Below the pieces are notes generated by a model. The model was given only the letters and a program-made list of their open reading frames with translations. It searched no databases and was not told the origin of the DNA. Position numbers and translations under genes: made by a program. 64,000 nt of DNA from the NCBI RefSeq assembly GCF_006345805.1, contig NC_043004.1, positions 106,640,001 through 106,704,000 of the forward strand, in the 5' to 3' direction. Positions 11,697 to 23,847 of this stretch are shown piece by piece. The stretch is from Octopus sinensis. Taxonomy: Eukaryota. The first letter of the stretch is position 1. Each line of letters begins with the position of its first letter.

Positions 11697-14570
11697 CTGT
11701 GAAATAAAAAAGATAAAAATCAAGTGTGAGGATATACTTATGCACGTGTAGAGGATTTCTTAATTAAGTACCAAGTTATTAATTCATAAGACAGAAAAAT
11801 TAAACTAAATGTTGTTCATGTCTTTCTTTGAATGTGGTCTCTGATATTTGTCTGTATAACAGCTGATCATTCTAAATTGTGTGAGGATAACATTCCACTT
11901 TCAGTGATACTCGGGTTTCACAGAGGTTAATATGAGAGCTAATCTCAAAACGCTGAGCCTTACAAAGGAAATGACAAAAGACCGACAAATGAGATGCATT
12001 TGAAATACTCACGAAAACCCACAGAATTGATATCCTAAAACTAAAGTACCATGTGAAAAAGCATTGGTGCTGGTTCTGATGCAGGTGTTGGTGCTACATG
12101 AAAAGCACTGGAGCTGGTACCATGTAAAAAAAATCACTGGTGATGCTGCCACATACAAAGCACCCAGGACATACTGTAAAGTGTATGGCATCAGGAAGGA
12201 GATCCAGCTGTAGAAACTATGCCAGAACAAACTATGGAACCTGGTGCCAGTTCTGACCTTGCCAGTTCTTGTCAAGCCATCCAGCATGGGAAGCAGACAT
12301 TAAATGTTGATAATGATGATAATAATGATGATGATGATTTGGGGTAAGACACTTTGTTTAAAATTAAGATGTCATGTATTATAAGGGATTTTGAAAAAAA
12401 GTGTGTCGCTTTCTACTTTTATGCAATTAAAGACCAAAAGAATGGCCTAGTCTCATAGATGAAGAGCTCTAGATGACATCATCTTTACTTTACTAGAAAA
12501 TCGGCAGCTAATTTTTTTTTTGTTTGCCTCTGATGTTATTTTATGTCCCTAATATAGATTCTTAATTGAAAGAGTTCAGACCACCTGAGTGAATACAAAT
12601 ACTTCAGGGTGGAATGATTCACCACCTCAAACAGCTGCGGCACTGGAAAAGTGACAAGTGGTTTTTATTATTATTATTATTTTTTTTTAATTGACAATGC
12701 TTCATTTGAATTCTTCTGTGAGTTCAGATGGCTCTTCTTTTAATTCTGCTACCACCACTTCAAACTAGACTGGAAAAAAATGGTCTAGGGACAGATATTA
12801 GAGGGAAATTTGACTGGCGACTGATGATTGCTTTTGAAGTAAGAGAAAGAGAGAAAGCAAATTTACTAAGAATTAGAAGGGAGGATAAAGTTTCCAATTA
12901 AGGGGAGAGAACCACGCAGGGTTTATGATTTTTTTTTTGCTCTGTTATTGTTATTTTTTATTAGATAATCCAGAAATCTCATTATGTATTGTTTGTTCAA
13001 GATATAAAACAATAATAATTGCTCAGGGAAATGGAAAAACTATATAAAATATCAACAGTATATCAGAAATTCAATCTGTCAGAATTTTTTGTTTTGTTTT
13101 GTTTTACATAGGATATGAAGCCCCAGATCTTGCCCTGTCCCTTCACCCAATCTGTCCCCATTAAGCCTTTCTCACCTCTCGTCTTTCGAACACCCATCCC
13201 TCCACTCTTCAAACTAAGGCATACAAACATACAAGAGCAGAATATGTACATCGTTCATCCACCTACAAGTTATCTTCTCTCTCCTTGAAACCACTTTCTT
13301 TTAAAATCCATCCCGCATTCTCCAATATCATCTCTTCCCACTTTACTTTCCACTAATCACCCTTTTCTGTGCCTCCCTGGGATATATCAGCCACTGACTC
13401 TTTTATCTGCCATCATTCTCATCACCTTGCTGTTGATGGCCTCACACACCTTTGCCCCCCCCCCACTCACTATAGCCACCCCTTCATACCTCTAACATCC
13501 ATCTCTGTCTCTGCACATTTCTCTCTCTCATCCAACTCTCCCACTCCTCACACCATTTACATATTTTCTAATCTACCGACAGGTTCGACAGGTTCGTTAA
13601 ATCGCTGCTTTCCTCCCTTCTTGTATTGCCACTTACCACCTCCTCCCTCCTAAGTCCCTCCCACTATTTCATCTTCACCTTTTCCATACTGATACTTACC
13701 ATCACCCACACCTCCACCTTACTTCCATTCACTATATTCACCTCTCCCCCCATCTCCAACCATCTCTCGCTCTCCTCTCCCACTCTAAGGAACTTATCCA
13801 TTCAACCTTCCTGATTCTTTGTCTGTTTTCTCTCTTATATTCACTTTCTTGTATCTCCTGAGTAAGCTCTGATATCTTGTCAGCACCATCATTCTCTTCC
13901 TGCCATCTTATTTCTTTACTGCCCACAAGGGGCTAAACACAGAGGGGACAAACAAGGACAGAGAAACGGATTAAGACTATTATATCAACCCCAGTGTGTA
14001 ACTGGTACTTATTTAATCAACCCCGAAAGGATGAAAGGTAAAGTCGACCTCGTCGGAATTTGAACGTAGTTGCAGACGAAATAATGCTAAGCATTTCGCT
14101 CCGCATGCTAACGTTTCTGCCAGCTCACCACCTTATGTCTTCCTTCCATCTACTCTCACTTACCCTTAGGTAATGTTGGGTAGCCATGTATCTCCTTCGT
14201 AGAAAGATACCTGTCCTTGTCCCTCTATTATACTTTGGCTTCTTAACACCTAGCTAAATATCACCTTCCTCTTTGATATTAAGCCCATTCATTTGGTGGT
14301 GGTGGTGGTGGTGGTGGTGGTGGTGGTGGCGGTGGTGGTGGTGGTGGTGGTGGTAGTAGTAGTGGTGGTGATGGTGGTGGTCGTGACGATAATGATGATT
14401 TTGTGGGGTCACTACATTTCTTAAGGGCATTAATGTTACACCACTGAAGTAAATTAGCTTCACCTGGGATTTGAAACTTCTCTAAGAATTTGGTATGCCT
14501 GGAATCTATGTCTTAGTTAATGATGCTCTGTTAGAAATAATAGAATAGTTCACTTCAGTAACCTACTCAC

Positions 14571-14705
14571 AAGATCCAGTCAGCTGCCATAATTAGGGAG
14601 ACATTTTCATTAGGGATACCAGCAACTGTGAGGACAGCAAGGATACCCAGATTGCCATTTTGGGGTAGATTTCTTGTACCAATTGATACAAGGGCCGATG
14701 TGATA
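14571..14705 (-). CDS. SLC1 exon, HP2 (ITSALVSIGTRNLPQNGNLGILAVLTVAGIPNENVSLIMAADWIL), 135 bp; absent from the ORF track
   Basis: Acceptor TTATGTTTCAG, donor TT|GTGAG. Collinear with EAAT [45 protein letters not shown]. Confidence 0.92.
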
Positions 14706-14873
14706 CTGAAACATAAACATAAGAATAAGATATCTGCAGTTTAATATTTCATTTATACTTATTTGAATATCACTAACAGTCAACAAAGTATTAAAGCAAC
14801 AAAACAGTAAACAAGAACAATATAGAATATTTGAAAGATCAAGGATTTAATATTTCATGGCTTTATAATTATA

Positions 14874-15453
14874 CACAGACATGCAGGAAGTAAATAGACA
14901 CCTTTAAATTTCAAAATTTCTGATCTAAGTGTCTTAATATGTTTTCAGCGGTGTAGAATTTACAATGTAATTATTCTTTTTCATTCCAGGTGCCATTATA
15001 TTAAACAGTTGCGAAGAGTAACCATGCCACACACACAAAATATTCAGCAGAACTATCAGATTTTCAAAGAGGTCATATTATTGGGCAATCTGAGGCTGGT
15101 CTTAGCTAGTCAAAAATTGCCAAAAATCTTCAAATTCCTCTTGCTACTGTTAATAGAATTACAATGCAATTCAGAAGCCAAGGAAAATGATCAACAGATT
15201 CTCATCCCGGCCGAAATGGGCCCTCAGAAAGGAAGCTTCGCTGTTTGAAGAGAATTGTGGAAAACAAACCCCTTTCAAAGGCTTCTGACATTGTAAAACA
15301 GCTAGAAGTTAGTCCAAGAACCTGTGTTAGATATCTGCATAAGCTTGGGTATTATGGATGAGCAGCTAGAAGAAAACCTCCTCTTCAACCAATTGATATC
15401 AAATAAAAGATTTTGAAAATTAAGGGTGTCTATTTACTTCCTGCATGTCTGTG
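14874..15453 (+). mobile_element. Internally deleted Tc1-family DNA transposon
   Basis: About 45-bp TIRs (cacagacatgcaggaagtaaatagacacc / ggtgtctatttacttcctgcatgtctgtg) and TA on both sides. Decayed N-terminal HTH: ELSDFQRGHIIG...ATVNRI...AARRKP. Confidence 0.9.
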
Positions 15454-16479
15454 TATAGGTTGAAGGCACATGGCATAGTGGTTAGGGTGTTGGACTCATG
15501 ATTGTAAGATTGTGGTTTCAATTCCTGGACCAGGTGATGCATTGTGTTCTTGTGCAAAACACTTCATTTCATGCTGCTCCCGTCCACTCAACTGGTAAAA
15601 ATGAGTAATCCAGTGATAGATTTGCACCCTGTCTGGGAGGAACCTAGACTCCAGAGAAACCAGGAAACCAACCCTATGCTCCTCACAGAGGAATGTGGAC
15701 TAACAAACTAGTTGATATAATTATATGAATAGTCAGGGACTCCTCAAATGAGGCTTAACCAAATAAAGAAAACAAGAAAAATGTGTGGATAAAGAGTACC
15801 AGTAATTATTAATTGAAAGTTCACTGTTCTCTTCTCATGAAGATAATGGCCAGAGGAATGCAATGAATTAAGTGTAAAGGCTGCTTGCTTTAATAAATAG
15901 ACACACACTTGATTATGGTTGCAACCTACAACCAAAGAAGGAAGACTTGAATAGAGAATATTTTTTTTCCATAAATACCTTTTAACTTTTACTTGCTTCA
16001 GTTATTGGACAGTGACCATGTGTGTGGTTTGGTGTGGTGTGGTGTGTGTGTGTGTTACATAGGAACATGAATGGCTGTGTGGTTAAAAAGTTTGCTTTAC
16101 AACCACAGGCATTTTCAGTTCAGTCCCACTGTGTGAAATACTGAGAAAATGTCTTGCCTGTATCAGTTGTTAGTTGTTGGAGCACTGCATCCTTTAAAAC
16201 TTCCATGCTTCCTGAGATTTTCCAACACTACACCTGATTTTCTCCCCTCCATATACACGCAGGCATGTATCTGACTCATACACTGTTCACTTTCCAGACA
16301 TTTGTACATTACTGCATATGCTTTATATGCACTTTTGACAAGTTGTGGTGCACCTGAGCACTGTGTACAATAATTTCATTATTATTATTATTATAGTCCT
16401 GGGGTCAGTCAATACCTTGTCAGTGGAGATTTGGTGAATAAAAACTGAAAGAAGTCTGTCATATATATTTTTATATATA

Positions 16480-16941
16480 TGAGATGCTATCAAAAAGTTC
16501 CTGGACAAGTTCTGCAGTGCTCCAACAGATGGCAGCACATGGCTGTGTGTACAGTGAGAGCTAGTAGTGACCTTCATGAGGCAGTGTGCTGAGTGATATC
16601 ATTGTGTTTACTTCTTCATAAGTTGTAAAATTTGTGTTTTTGTGATCACGCGTATGCTGTAGTCTGTGATTTTTGTCATGGACAGGAAGTTGGAACAAAG
16701 AGTCAATGTGAAATTTTGCGTTAAACTTGAGAAGGCCTCTACAGAGACACTGAGCATGCTTCGGTAAGCTTATGGCAACGAGGAAATGAGTCTGTATACA
16801 ATGTTTTGAGTGGAAGGAATGCTGGGACTGGTGTATTCCTGTGCAAGGTGACTATTTCGAAAGAGGTGACATTAGAACTTAGGTAAATAAGTTATTTTTT
16901 TATTAATCATAACAGTCCAGGTACATTTTTAGACCTCCTCA
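16480..16941 (+). mobile_element. Internally deleted, decayed mariner element
   Basis: ATG 16678 gives MDRKLEQRVNVKFCVKLEKASTETLSML (mariner N-terminus). C-terminal GDYFE remnant near 16850; degenerate TIRs ending ...cctggac. Confidence 0.75.
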
Positions 16942-17113
16942 TGTGTGCATGCATTTGGTCGAGTGTGTGTGTGTGTGTGTGTACAGACATCAGAAAGAGA
17001 GAGATAGGGAGGAGAGAGATAGGGAGGGAGGGATGGAGGTGAAGAAAAAGTGATAAGTACAAGATGACATTGCATTTGATCAGTCAAGTGTTTAAGATAA
17101 TAAACAACCTTAC

Positions 17114-17308
17114 CTGATAATTATCAACCTTCCAATTGTCAAGGGAACCCCTTCATATTGTGCAATAAATATACAGGCTACTGACTTGTACAAGGCCCCA
17201 GCATTAGTATTAATAATGGCCCCAAGGGGCAATGTGAGGCGAGTTACTTGATGATGGAGTCTTGCCTTGCATTCAACACATTGTAACATCACAGGTAAAT
17301 TTGTAATA
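17114..17308 (-). CDS. SLC1 exon, HP1b-TM7 (ITNLP...RLTLPLGAIINTNAGALYKSVACIFIAQ...)
   Basis: Acceptor TTTTCTTGCAG, donor AG|GTAAG. Collinear with EAAT SATLP...[28 protein letters not shown]. Confidence 0.93.
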
Positions 17309-17553
17309 CTGCAAGAAAATGGCACAAGATGAAAAATAAAACTGGATGAAGTATAACAACAGGAAGAAGGGTCAACAGGGTTTCTTTTCCCTTTTTTTTC
17401 TTGAAAATTTTATTATTGAACACCTTATTGAAAATCTAAAACAAATTATTTTGAAGAGTTTTTCATAAACATATGCAATCCTACCTTTATAAAATGATTA
17501 TATATATATACATATACATTAATACATACATACACACACGTGTGTATGTATAT

Positions 17554-17613
<60 letters not shown>

Positions 17614-17811
17614 ATATGTATGTATATATATATATATACATATATATATACATATATATATGTATATATATATATGTGTGTGTGTATGTATGTATATGCA
17701 CCACACACATATCTTCTTCCCATAGTGGAAAGGCTTGAACAGAGAAGATTTTTTTTCCTAAATATCTTTTAACTTTTACTTATTTCAGGTGGGAAGTAGG
17801 GGTGGTCATAC

Positions 17812-18045
17812 CTGCATGATGTGGCAAATGCTGTACATATACACAATGAGTTCTTGTAGAGAAATTTTACTGGGTTTTTCCGTGTCATCAGGAAATATAC
17901 CAAGGGTAATAACACCAGCCCATAGCCTAAATGAGCAACCAAGGCTGTTCCTATGTACAGGGACACCTGATGGAAAGCTGTGGAAGGTTCTTCCAATCCA
18001 ATCATTGTACTAGTGAGCAAGAAAAATATTCCAATTGGAGAGAAC
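17812..18045 (-). CDS. SLC1 exon, TM5-TM6-HP1 (FSPIGIFFLL...LPLVYFLMTRKNP...TAFATSCS)
   Basis: Acceptor TTTCCTAG, donor AG|GTATGA. Matches EAAT YAPVGILFL...LPLLYFLVTRKNP...ALGTSSS. Confidence 0.93.
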
Positions 18046-18806
18046 CTAGGAAATCAGGTGAGAGAGAAAAAATATAATTTTTTAGTTAATTAATAGCAAC
18101 AGAAACAATATTAATACCAAAAGGTAATCTTGATATCCAACTTAATGTGGAAGTTATGCTAGAACAAGTAATACTGCATTATTTACCTTGAGAGAATCCC
18201 TCATAAGGACTCATGGTGCTTAAAAGCACTTGTAATTGTATTGTTGACAGATGAGAATTGTCTGTAACAGCCACTGGAACTGCCAGATCATATGATTTCA
18301 CCCTGCTATGAGTTCCTCAGTGACAGATGTCGAGCAGTAGCATGACAGCCAAATCTCTCATCAACAATATGTAGAATATCAGTGTCTATTCAGGCACTGG
18401 TGTTGCAAACAGCCTATGGGCTTATTAAGAAATATTTTGCATATTGTTATGCGGCTGCTGAACATCTGTCACTGAGGAACCCATAGCAGGGTAAAATCAA
18501 GTGATCTGGCAGCCATAGCAGCTATAGCAGCCATAGCAGACAGTTCTTGTCTATCAACAATACAATTACAAGTGCTTTTATGCACCATGAGTCCATATAA
18601 GAGATCATCTCAAAGTAAATAATGCAGTATTTTGTATCCTAGCATAACCTTCATATTGAGATAATTTTCATAAATTAAAATACAAGATTTGTGTAAAATT
18701 CAAGCTGCCTGTGTTATTGTTGTTTAGTAGCAGGTCAGTACTGAAAAAGCAAACCTACATTGAGAAATATTCAACAAAGCCATTATGTCTAGTGAGAGGG
18801 TATGTA

Positions 18807-19370
18807 TTGGTTGTCCGGAAAGTTTGTGCCGATTTTTAAAGGAAAGAAAAAGGTCAATAAATACTTGCCATTACACTTTTAATCAACCAAATATGAACCA
18901 TTTTGTTGAACAATGCCTCTCCATCTTTCCATTAACTTGAAAATACCCTCTTCCCAGAATTGAGGTGGTTTCATGGCATAGAATTCATCAAGGTATCTTT
19001 TTACGTCATCCAAGGAATTGAAATTTTTACCATTAAGACTATTCTGCAGAGACCTGAATAAGTGGAAATCTGAAGGAGCAATATCTGGTGAATATGGAGG
19101 GTGGGGTAACACATCCCAGCCGAGCTACAGCAATTTTTTTATGGTTCCCAAAGCATCAAATGCCGAAATGAACTTTCTTATCTTCCATTTTAAAGGGTTA
19201 CAGAATTAACACAGGTTATAGGAATATAAACCTTCTTCCACACAAAGATAGCTTAAACTGTGCTCTAAATGGAGGGGTAGTCAAATCCTATTTTATGGAC
19301 TCAACCATGTTCTAAAATAAGTCGAAAGGTAAGCTACTATAAATCGGCACAAACTTTCCAGACAACCCAA
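18807..19370 (-). mobile_element. Internally deleted mariner (DD34D) element
   Basis: About 30-bp TIRs (ttgg(g)ttgtccggaaagtttgtgccgattt) with TA TSD. N-terminus MEDKKVHF.HLMLWE is joined to the C-terminus LGWDVLPHPPYSPDIAPSDFHLFRSL. Confidence 0.92.
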
Positions 19371-19554
19371 TATTTAGGACTATGTTATGTAATGTCTTTA
19401 CTTTATTCAAGACACTACAATGTAATTTGAGGGACATTTTGCTTCAGTCTCACTGCACACCATCTTAAGCAAGTGTCTTCTACTATAGACATGGACCAAC
19501 CAAAGCCTTGTGAGTGGATTTGTGGGACAGAAACTGAAAGAAGCCCATTGTGAA

Positions 19555-19590
<36 letters not shown>

Positions 19591-19704
19591 TGTGTGTGAG
19601 TTGTTGTTGTTGTTGAAATCGAGTTTGCTTCTCCCCCTTTTGGGGTTGATAAAAAAAATACCAATCTAGAGAGGTGGTTTAGTGAAATTGTTAAAGTATA
19701 GGCA

Positions 19705-19873
19705 TAAGAGTGGCTGTGTGGTAAGTAGCTTGCTTACGAACCACATGGTTCCAGGTTCAGTCCCCCTGCATGGCACCTTGGGCAAGTGTCTTCTACTATA
19801 GCCTCGGGCTGACCAAGGCCTTGTGAGTGGATTTGGTAGACGGAAACTGAAAGAAGCCCATCGTATATATGTA

Positions 19874-19907
<34 letters not shown>

Positions 19908-20110
19908 GTATGTTTGTCCCCCTAACATTGCTTGATAACCAATGCAGGTGTGTTTACGTCCCCGTAACTTAGCAGTTTGGCAAAAGACACCGATAGAATA
20001 AGTACTAGGCTTACAAAGAATAAATCCTGGGGTCGATTTGCTCAACTAAAGGCGGTGCTCCAACATGGCTACAGTCAAATGACTGAAACAAGTAAAAGAG
20101 TAAAAGAGTA
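19705..20110 (+). mobile_element. SINE family A, full-length
   Basis: Same head, internal (TG)n and tail. Confidence 0.85.
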
Positions 20111-20885
20111 TTGGCCAAGATGTCTTGCAGTGTTTATCCTGTTTCTTAGTGTTCTGATAGTGTAGCCTGCAATGACACTGATATCAAGCCGTATTTTTTT
20201 ATGGTTCCCAAAGCATCAAATGCCGAAAATGAACTTAGACAACATCAGTCATGAAGAGAGTGGAGACTTTCATGTATCGGAAATTTGACAGGGAAATACC
20301 TTTCCAAAACTTTTATATCCAGTTGTAGATAAATAGTCAACAATGACCAATTGAGGCCTCTTATATATCTTATATAATTTCATATCAAATGTAAAGCCTG
20401 TGTTATCATCATCATCATCATCCTCATCCTCCGCGTCTTGATGTCAGCCATGTGGCACTTATAGCTGTGGTAGATGCAATTCACACCATTTAGAAGCTAT
20501 GACATGTGGTGAGTATACTATTTGACAGCTTGCAGTTATTCCATGTAGTGAATGTTGCATGTAGTGGGTGCAATTTAATACATGTCTCTCCTGACAGTAA
20601 GGAGGTTTCCTGCTTAAAGCAGCAGCAGCAACAACAACAGCAGTAGCAGCAACAAGGTATAATGTCAACTCATGCAAAATGGAAAACAGGCAACCAGCTC
20701 TGTGAATCCTAAGACTTAAGAAAGCAATGTCGAGGGTATGGTGGTGGTGGTGGTGGCGGTGGTAAAGGAGACGGGGGTTGGTGGGGGCAGATGGGTGAAT
20801 GGAAGGGGAGGAGGGAAGGAGAAGGAGGAGGTTGAGTGGTGGTTTTGTTCACCATTGTCATCATCATCGTCTTCAACATTGTAAT

Positions 20886-20933
20886 AAAGAAGAAGAAGAA
20901 GAAGAAGAAGAAGAAGAAGAAGAAGAAGAAGAA

Positions 20934-20985
<52 letters not shown>
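20886..20985. repeat. (GAA)n(GAT)n microsatellite
   Basis: Direct inspection. Comparable tracts: (TA)n 227-268, (TG)n 7819-7938, (GGT)n 14293-14380, (TA)n-rich 17500-17690, (TAA)n(GAA)n 27212-27321, (CA)n 29176-29241, (TAGG)n 50378-50490, (TAG)n 50520-50568, (TAA)n 51889-51960 and (CATA)n 52380-52570. Confidence 0.95.
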
Positions 20986-21112
20986 TGTAACACGTAGAGA
21001 CAAGGCTCTCACAGTGGCTCAATAGACATGGAAAACATTGTGTAATGAAAATGTGTTGCAAAAACTTGTAATGAAAAGAAGGTGATGTCGTATAAAAGGA
21101 GATATAGCTTAC

Positions 21113-21296
21113 CATGTAATAAAACCTATCAGTTTCAAAGTGCTTTGGTAAAAAGCTGTGAAAATATCCACAAGTAACCGAGCTTGTTCTCCCACACGCT
21201 TGATGGCTATACTCATCATTAATGAATACACCACAAGACCCAGCAAATTGGTGCCATCAGTTAGGGTGAGAAAGGGTTCGAATCTTGAAGGATGAT
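21113..21296 (-). CDS. SLC1 exon, TM4-TM5 (DHPSRFEP...DGTNLLGLVVYS...KLIGFITW)
   Basis: Acceptor TTTCCATTTGCAG, donor TG|GTAAG. Matches EAAT GVNALGLVVFS...RLVAVIMW; phase 1 in, phase 2 out. Confidence 0.92.
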
Positions 21297-22077
21297 CTGC
21301 AAATGGAAAAGAACGTGTTGAGTAGTTATCTTTATTTTTTTTACTTGTTGTTTCGGTCATTGGACTGGAACCATGCTGGAGCACTGCCTTCACAGGTTTA
21401 GTCAGACAAATTCACACCAATACTTTTCCTCTCTTCTTTAAGTTTGATACTTATTCTATTTGTTCTCTTTTGCAAAACTGCCAAGTTTACAGGGATGTAA
21501 GCAAACCAATACCAGTTATCGCATGAGTGAGGGGGGAGACATACACACATGCACGCACACACTCAGATACACGCACACACTCAGATACACGCACACACAC
21601 ACACATAATCATCATCATCATCATCGAATGTCCATTTTCTATGCTGACATGGGTTAGGTGGTTTGACAGGAGATGGCAAAGCCAGGGGCCACATCAGGTT
21701 CCCTAGTCTGTTTTAGCATGGTTTCTATGGCTGGATGCCCTTACTAATGCCAATCACTTTGCAGGTTGTACTGGGTGTTCCTTACATGGCACCAGCAGCA
21801 GTACCTTTTATGTAACACCAGCACTACTGCTTTTTATGTGGCACCAGCACCAGTGCTTTTTATGATATATATATATATATATAATACAAATAAAAAAATG
21901 GAGAAATAATTTAGTTTGTTCATCAACTTTCGGATATTAGAATGTTGAATTATTTATTCATTTAACAAAATGAGAACCTTAATAGCATACATATATACCT
22001 TATAATTCAATATATATAAGATAAGAATACAAATTATAAAAATCATAATATAAATTATTGAAATCATTAAAATCACT

Positions 22078-22210
22078 CCTTACAGCTGTTTCAGTCTATG
22101 GTTAAAAGTAGTTATTTTTATTTTTATTGCCTATAGTTGTCAATTATATTGAGGTTGTAAGCATTTAAAAATAGGGTACTTATATATATAACCATAGGCC
22201 TCGTCAGAGA
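22078..22210 (-). ncRNA. Candidate type I hammerhead ribozyme with a canonical core
   Basis: CUGACGA (22207-22201), 12-bp stem II with one mismatch, GAAA (22092-22089), palindromic stem III ACAGCUGU and a GUA cleavage triplet. Stem I is only 3 bp. Confidence 0.5.
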
Positions 22211-22427
22211 TTATAAAGAACTTTAAAAATATTAATACATAAAACAGGATACACGTATAATTTAATATATATAAAAATATGAACAAATATCCATATTAGA
22301 CTTATACATATACATATATACATATATACATACATAAGCAGAGTGTATATACTTTTACATGTGTAAAAATACATAAATAAACACAATTAAACAATAGGTC
22401 CAAGTAATATATATATATACACACACA

Positions 22428-23791
22428 CAGGGTGCGGTGAATAAACTGTTGTCTAAATTACATAAAAATGAAAATAATACTGACATCTCATTTTCACAGA
22501 TATATTAATCAAAATTGCATAAAAATATCGTGAAATACTAAATTTATTCAATAAAATCGCGTTTGGCTTCAACCTCAGTCTCCAGACAACTTCAGAATCT
22601 CCGGCAACTCTTCTGGATGGTCTCCTTGTTTAAGTTGGTGAGTGCTGCCATAATCTTTGCCTTCAGTTCATCTTTGGTGTTATGAGGAGTTTTGTTGGTC
22701 TCTCACATAATAATCAAGGGGATTGCAGTCTGGGGAGTTAGGTGGCCACATGTTACGGGTGATGTGGTTGCAGAGTCCTGTTGCCAAACATAGGCTCTTC
22801 AAGCAGCAACCCTCTTGATTCAGAGCAGCACTACCTCCTCCAGGCACTTGATGTAGGCCTCCATGTTGAGTCTGAGGCCGTGTGGGAAGATGAATGGAGG
22901 TATAACATCACCATCACTAGTGATCACTCCATGATGTTGACTGGATGTTTGATTTTTATCACTCTCAGTACATGTTTTTGGGACACGATAAGCCAATGGT
23001 TGTTTTGTGTGTTTACCATCTGATTCTGGTGGAAATTTTTCTCATCTGAGGAAAACAAAAGCATGTTCGGTTGGAGCTTGAGTTTGTTCGAAAGCTTCAT
23101 ATTGTGGTCCTTCCTCTTGTCCTTGATAGCTTGGGATAAAAATTGGCCCTTTCTCATTTCATATAAGGAATACTTAATGTTTTCATGCACTACCTGCCTG
23201 AAAGGAAACTCAGATACTCCCATGTCCCTGGCAATGGACCTGATTGACTTGAAGGGATCATTGTCAATCATGGCCTGGATCTCACCAGCAAATTCAGGAA
23301 TTCTTTTCTTATCGGAATGATCAGAGTGAGTTTTCCAAGCTGCCATACCTTCCTAATCACCATCAGACTCATCCAACTCTTTCCAAATCCTCTGCACTGT
23401 CCTTAGATTCCCACCCAGACACTCTGAAATGTTTGTATTGGCGCTTCTGGCACAAATGCCAAGCAGTACGCAAGTCATTTCCAAATTTCTGGCAGAGTGA
23501 ATTGCATTATTCTCTCTCTTTTTACTCTTTTACTTGTTTCAGTCATTTGACTGTGGCCATGCTAGGGCTCCGCCTTTAGTTGAGCAAATTCACTCCAGGA
23601 CTTATTCTTTGTAAGCCTAGTACTTATTCTATTGGCCTCTTTTGCCGAACTGGTAAGTTACGAGGACATAAACACACCAGCATCAGTTGTTAAGCTATGT
23701 TGGGGGGACAAACACAGACACACAAACATATGCACACACATACATACATACATACATATTGATGATGATGATGATGATGATGATATATATA

Positions 23792-23847
<56 letters not shown>

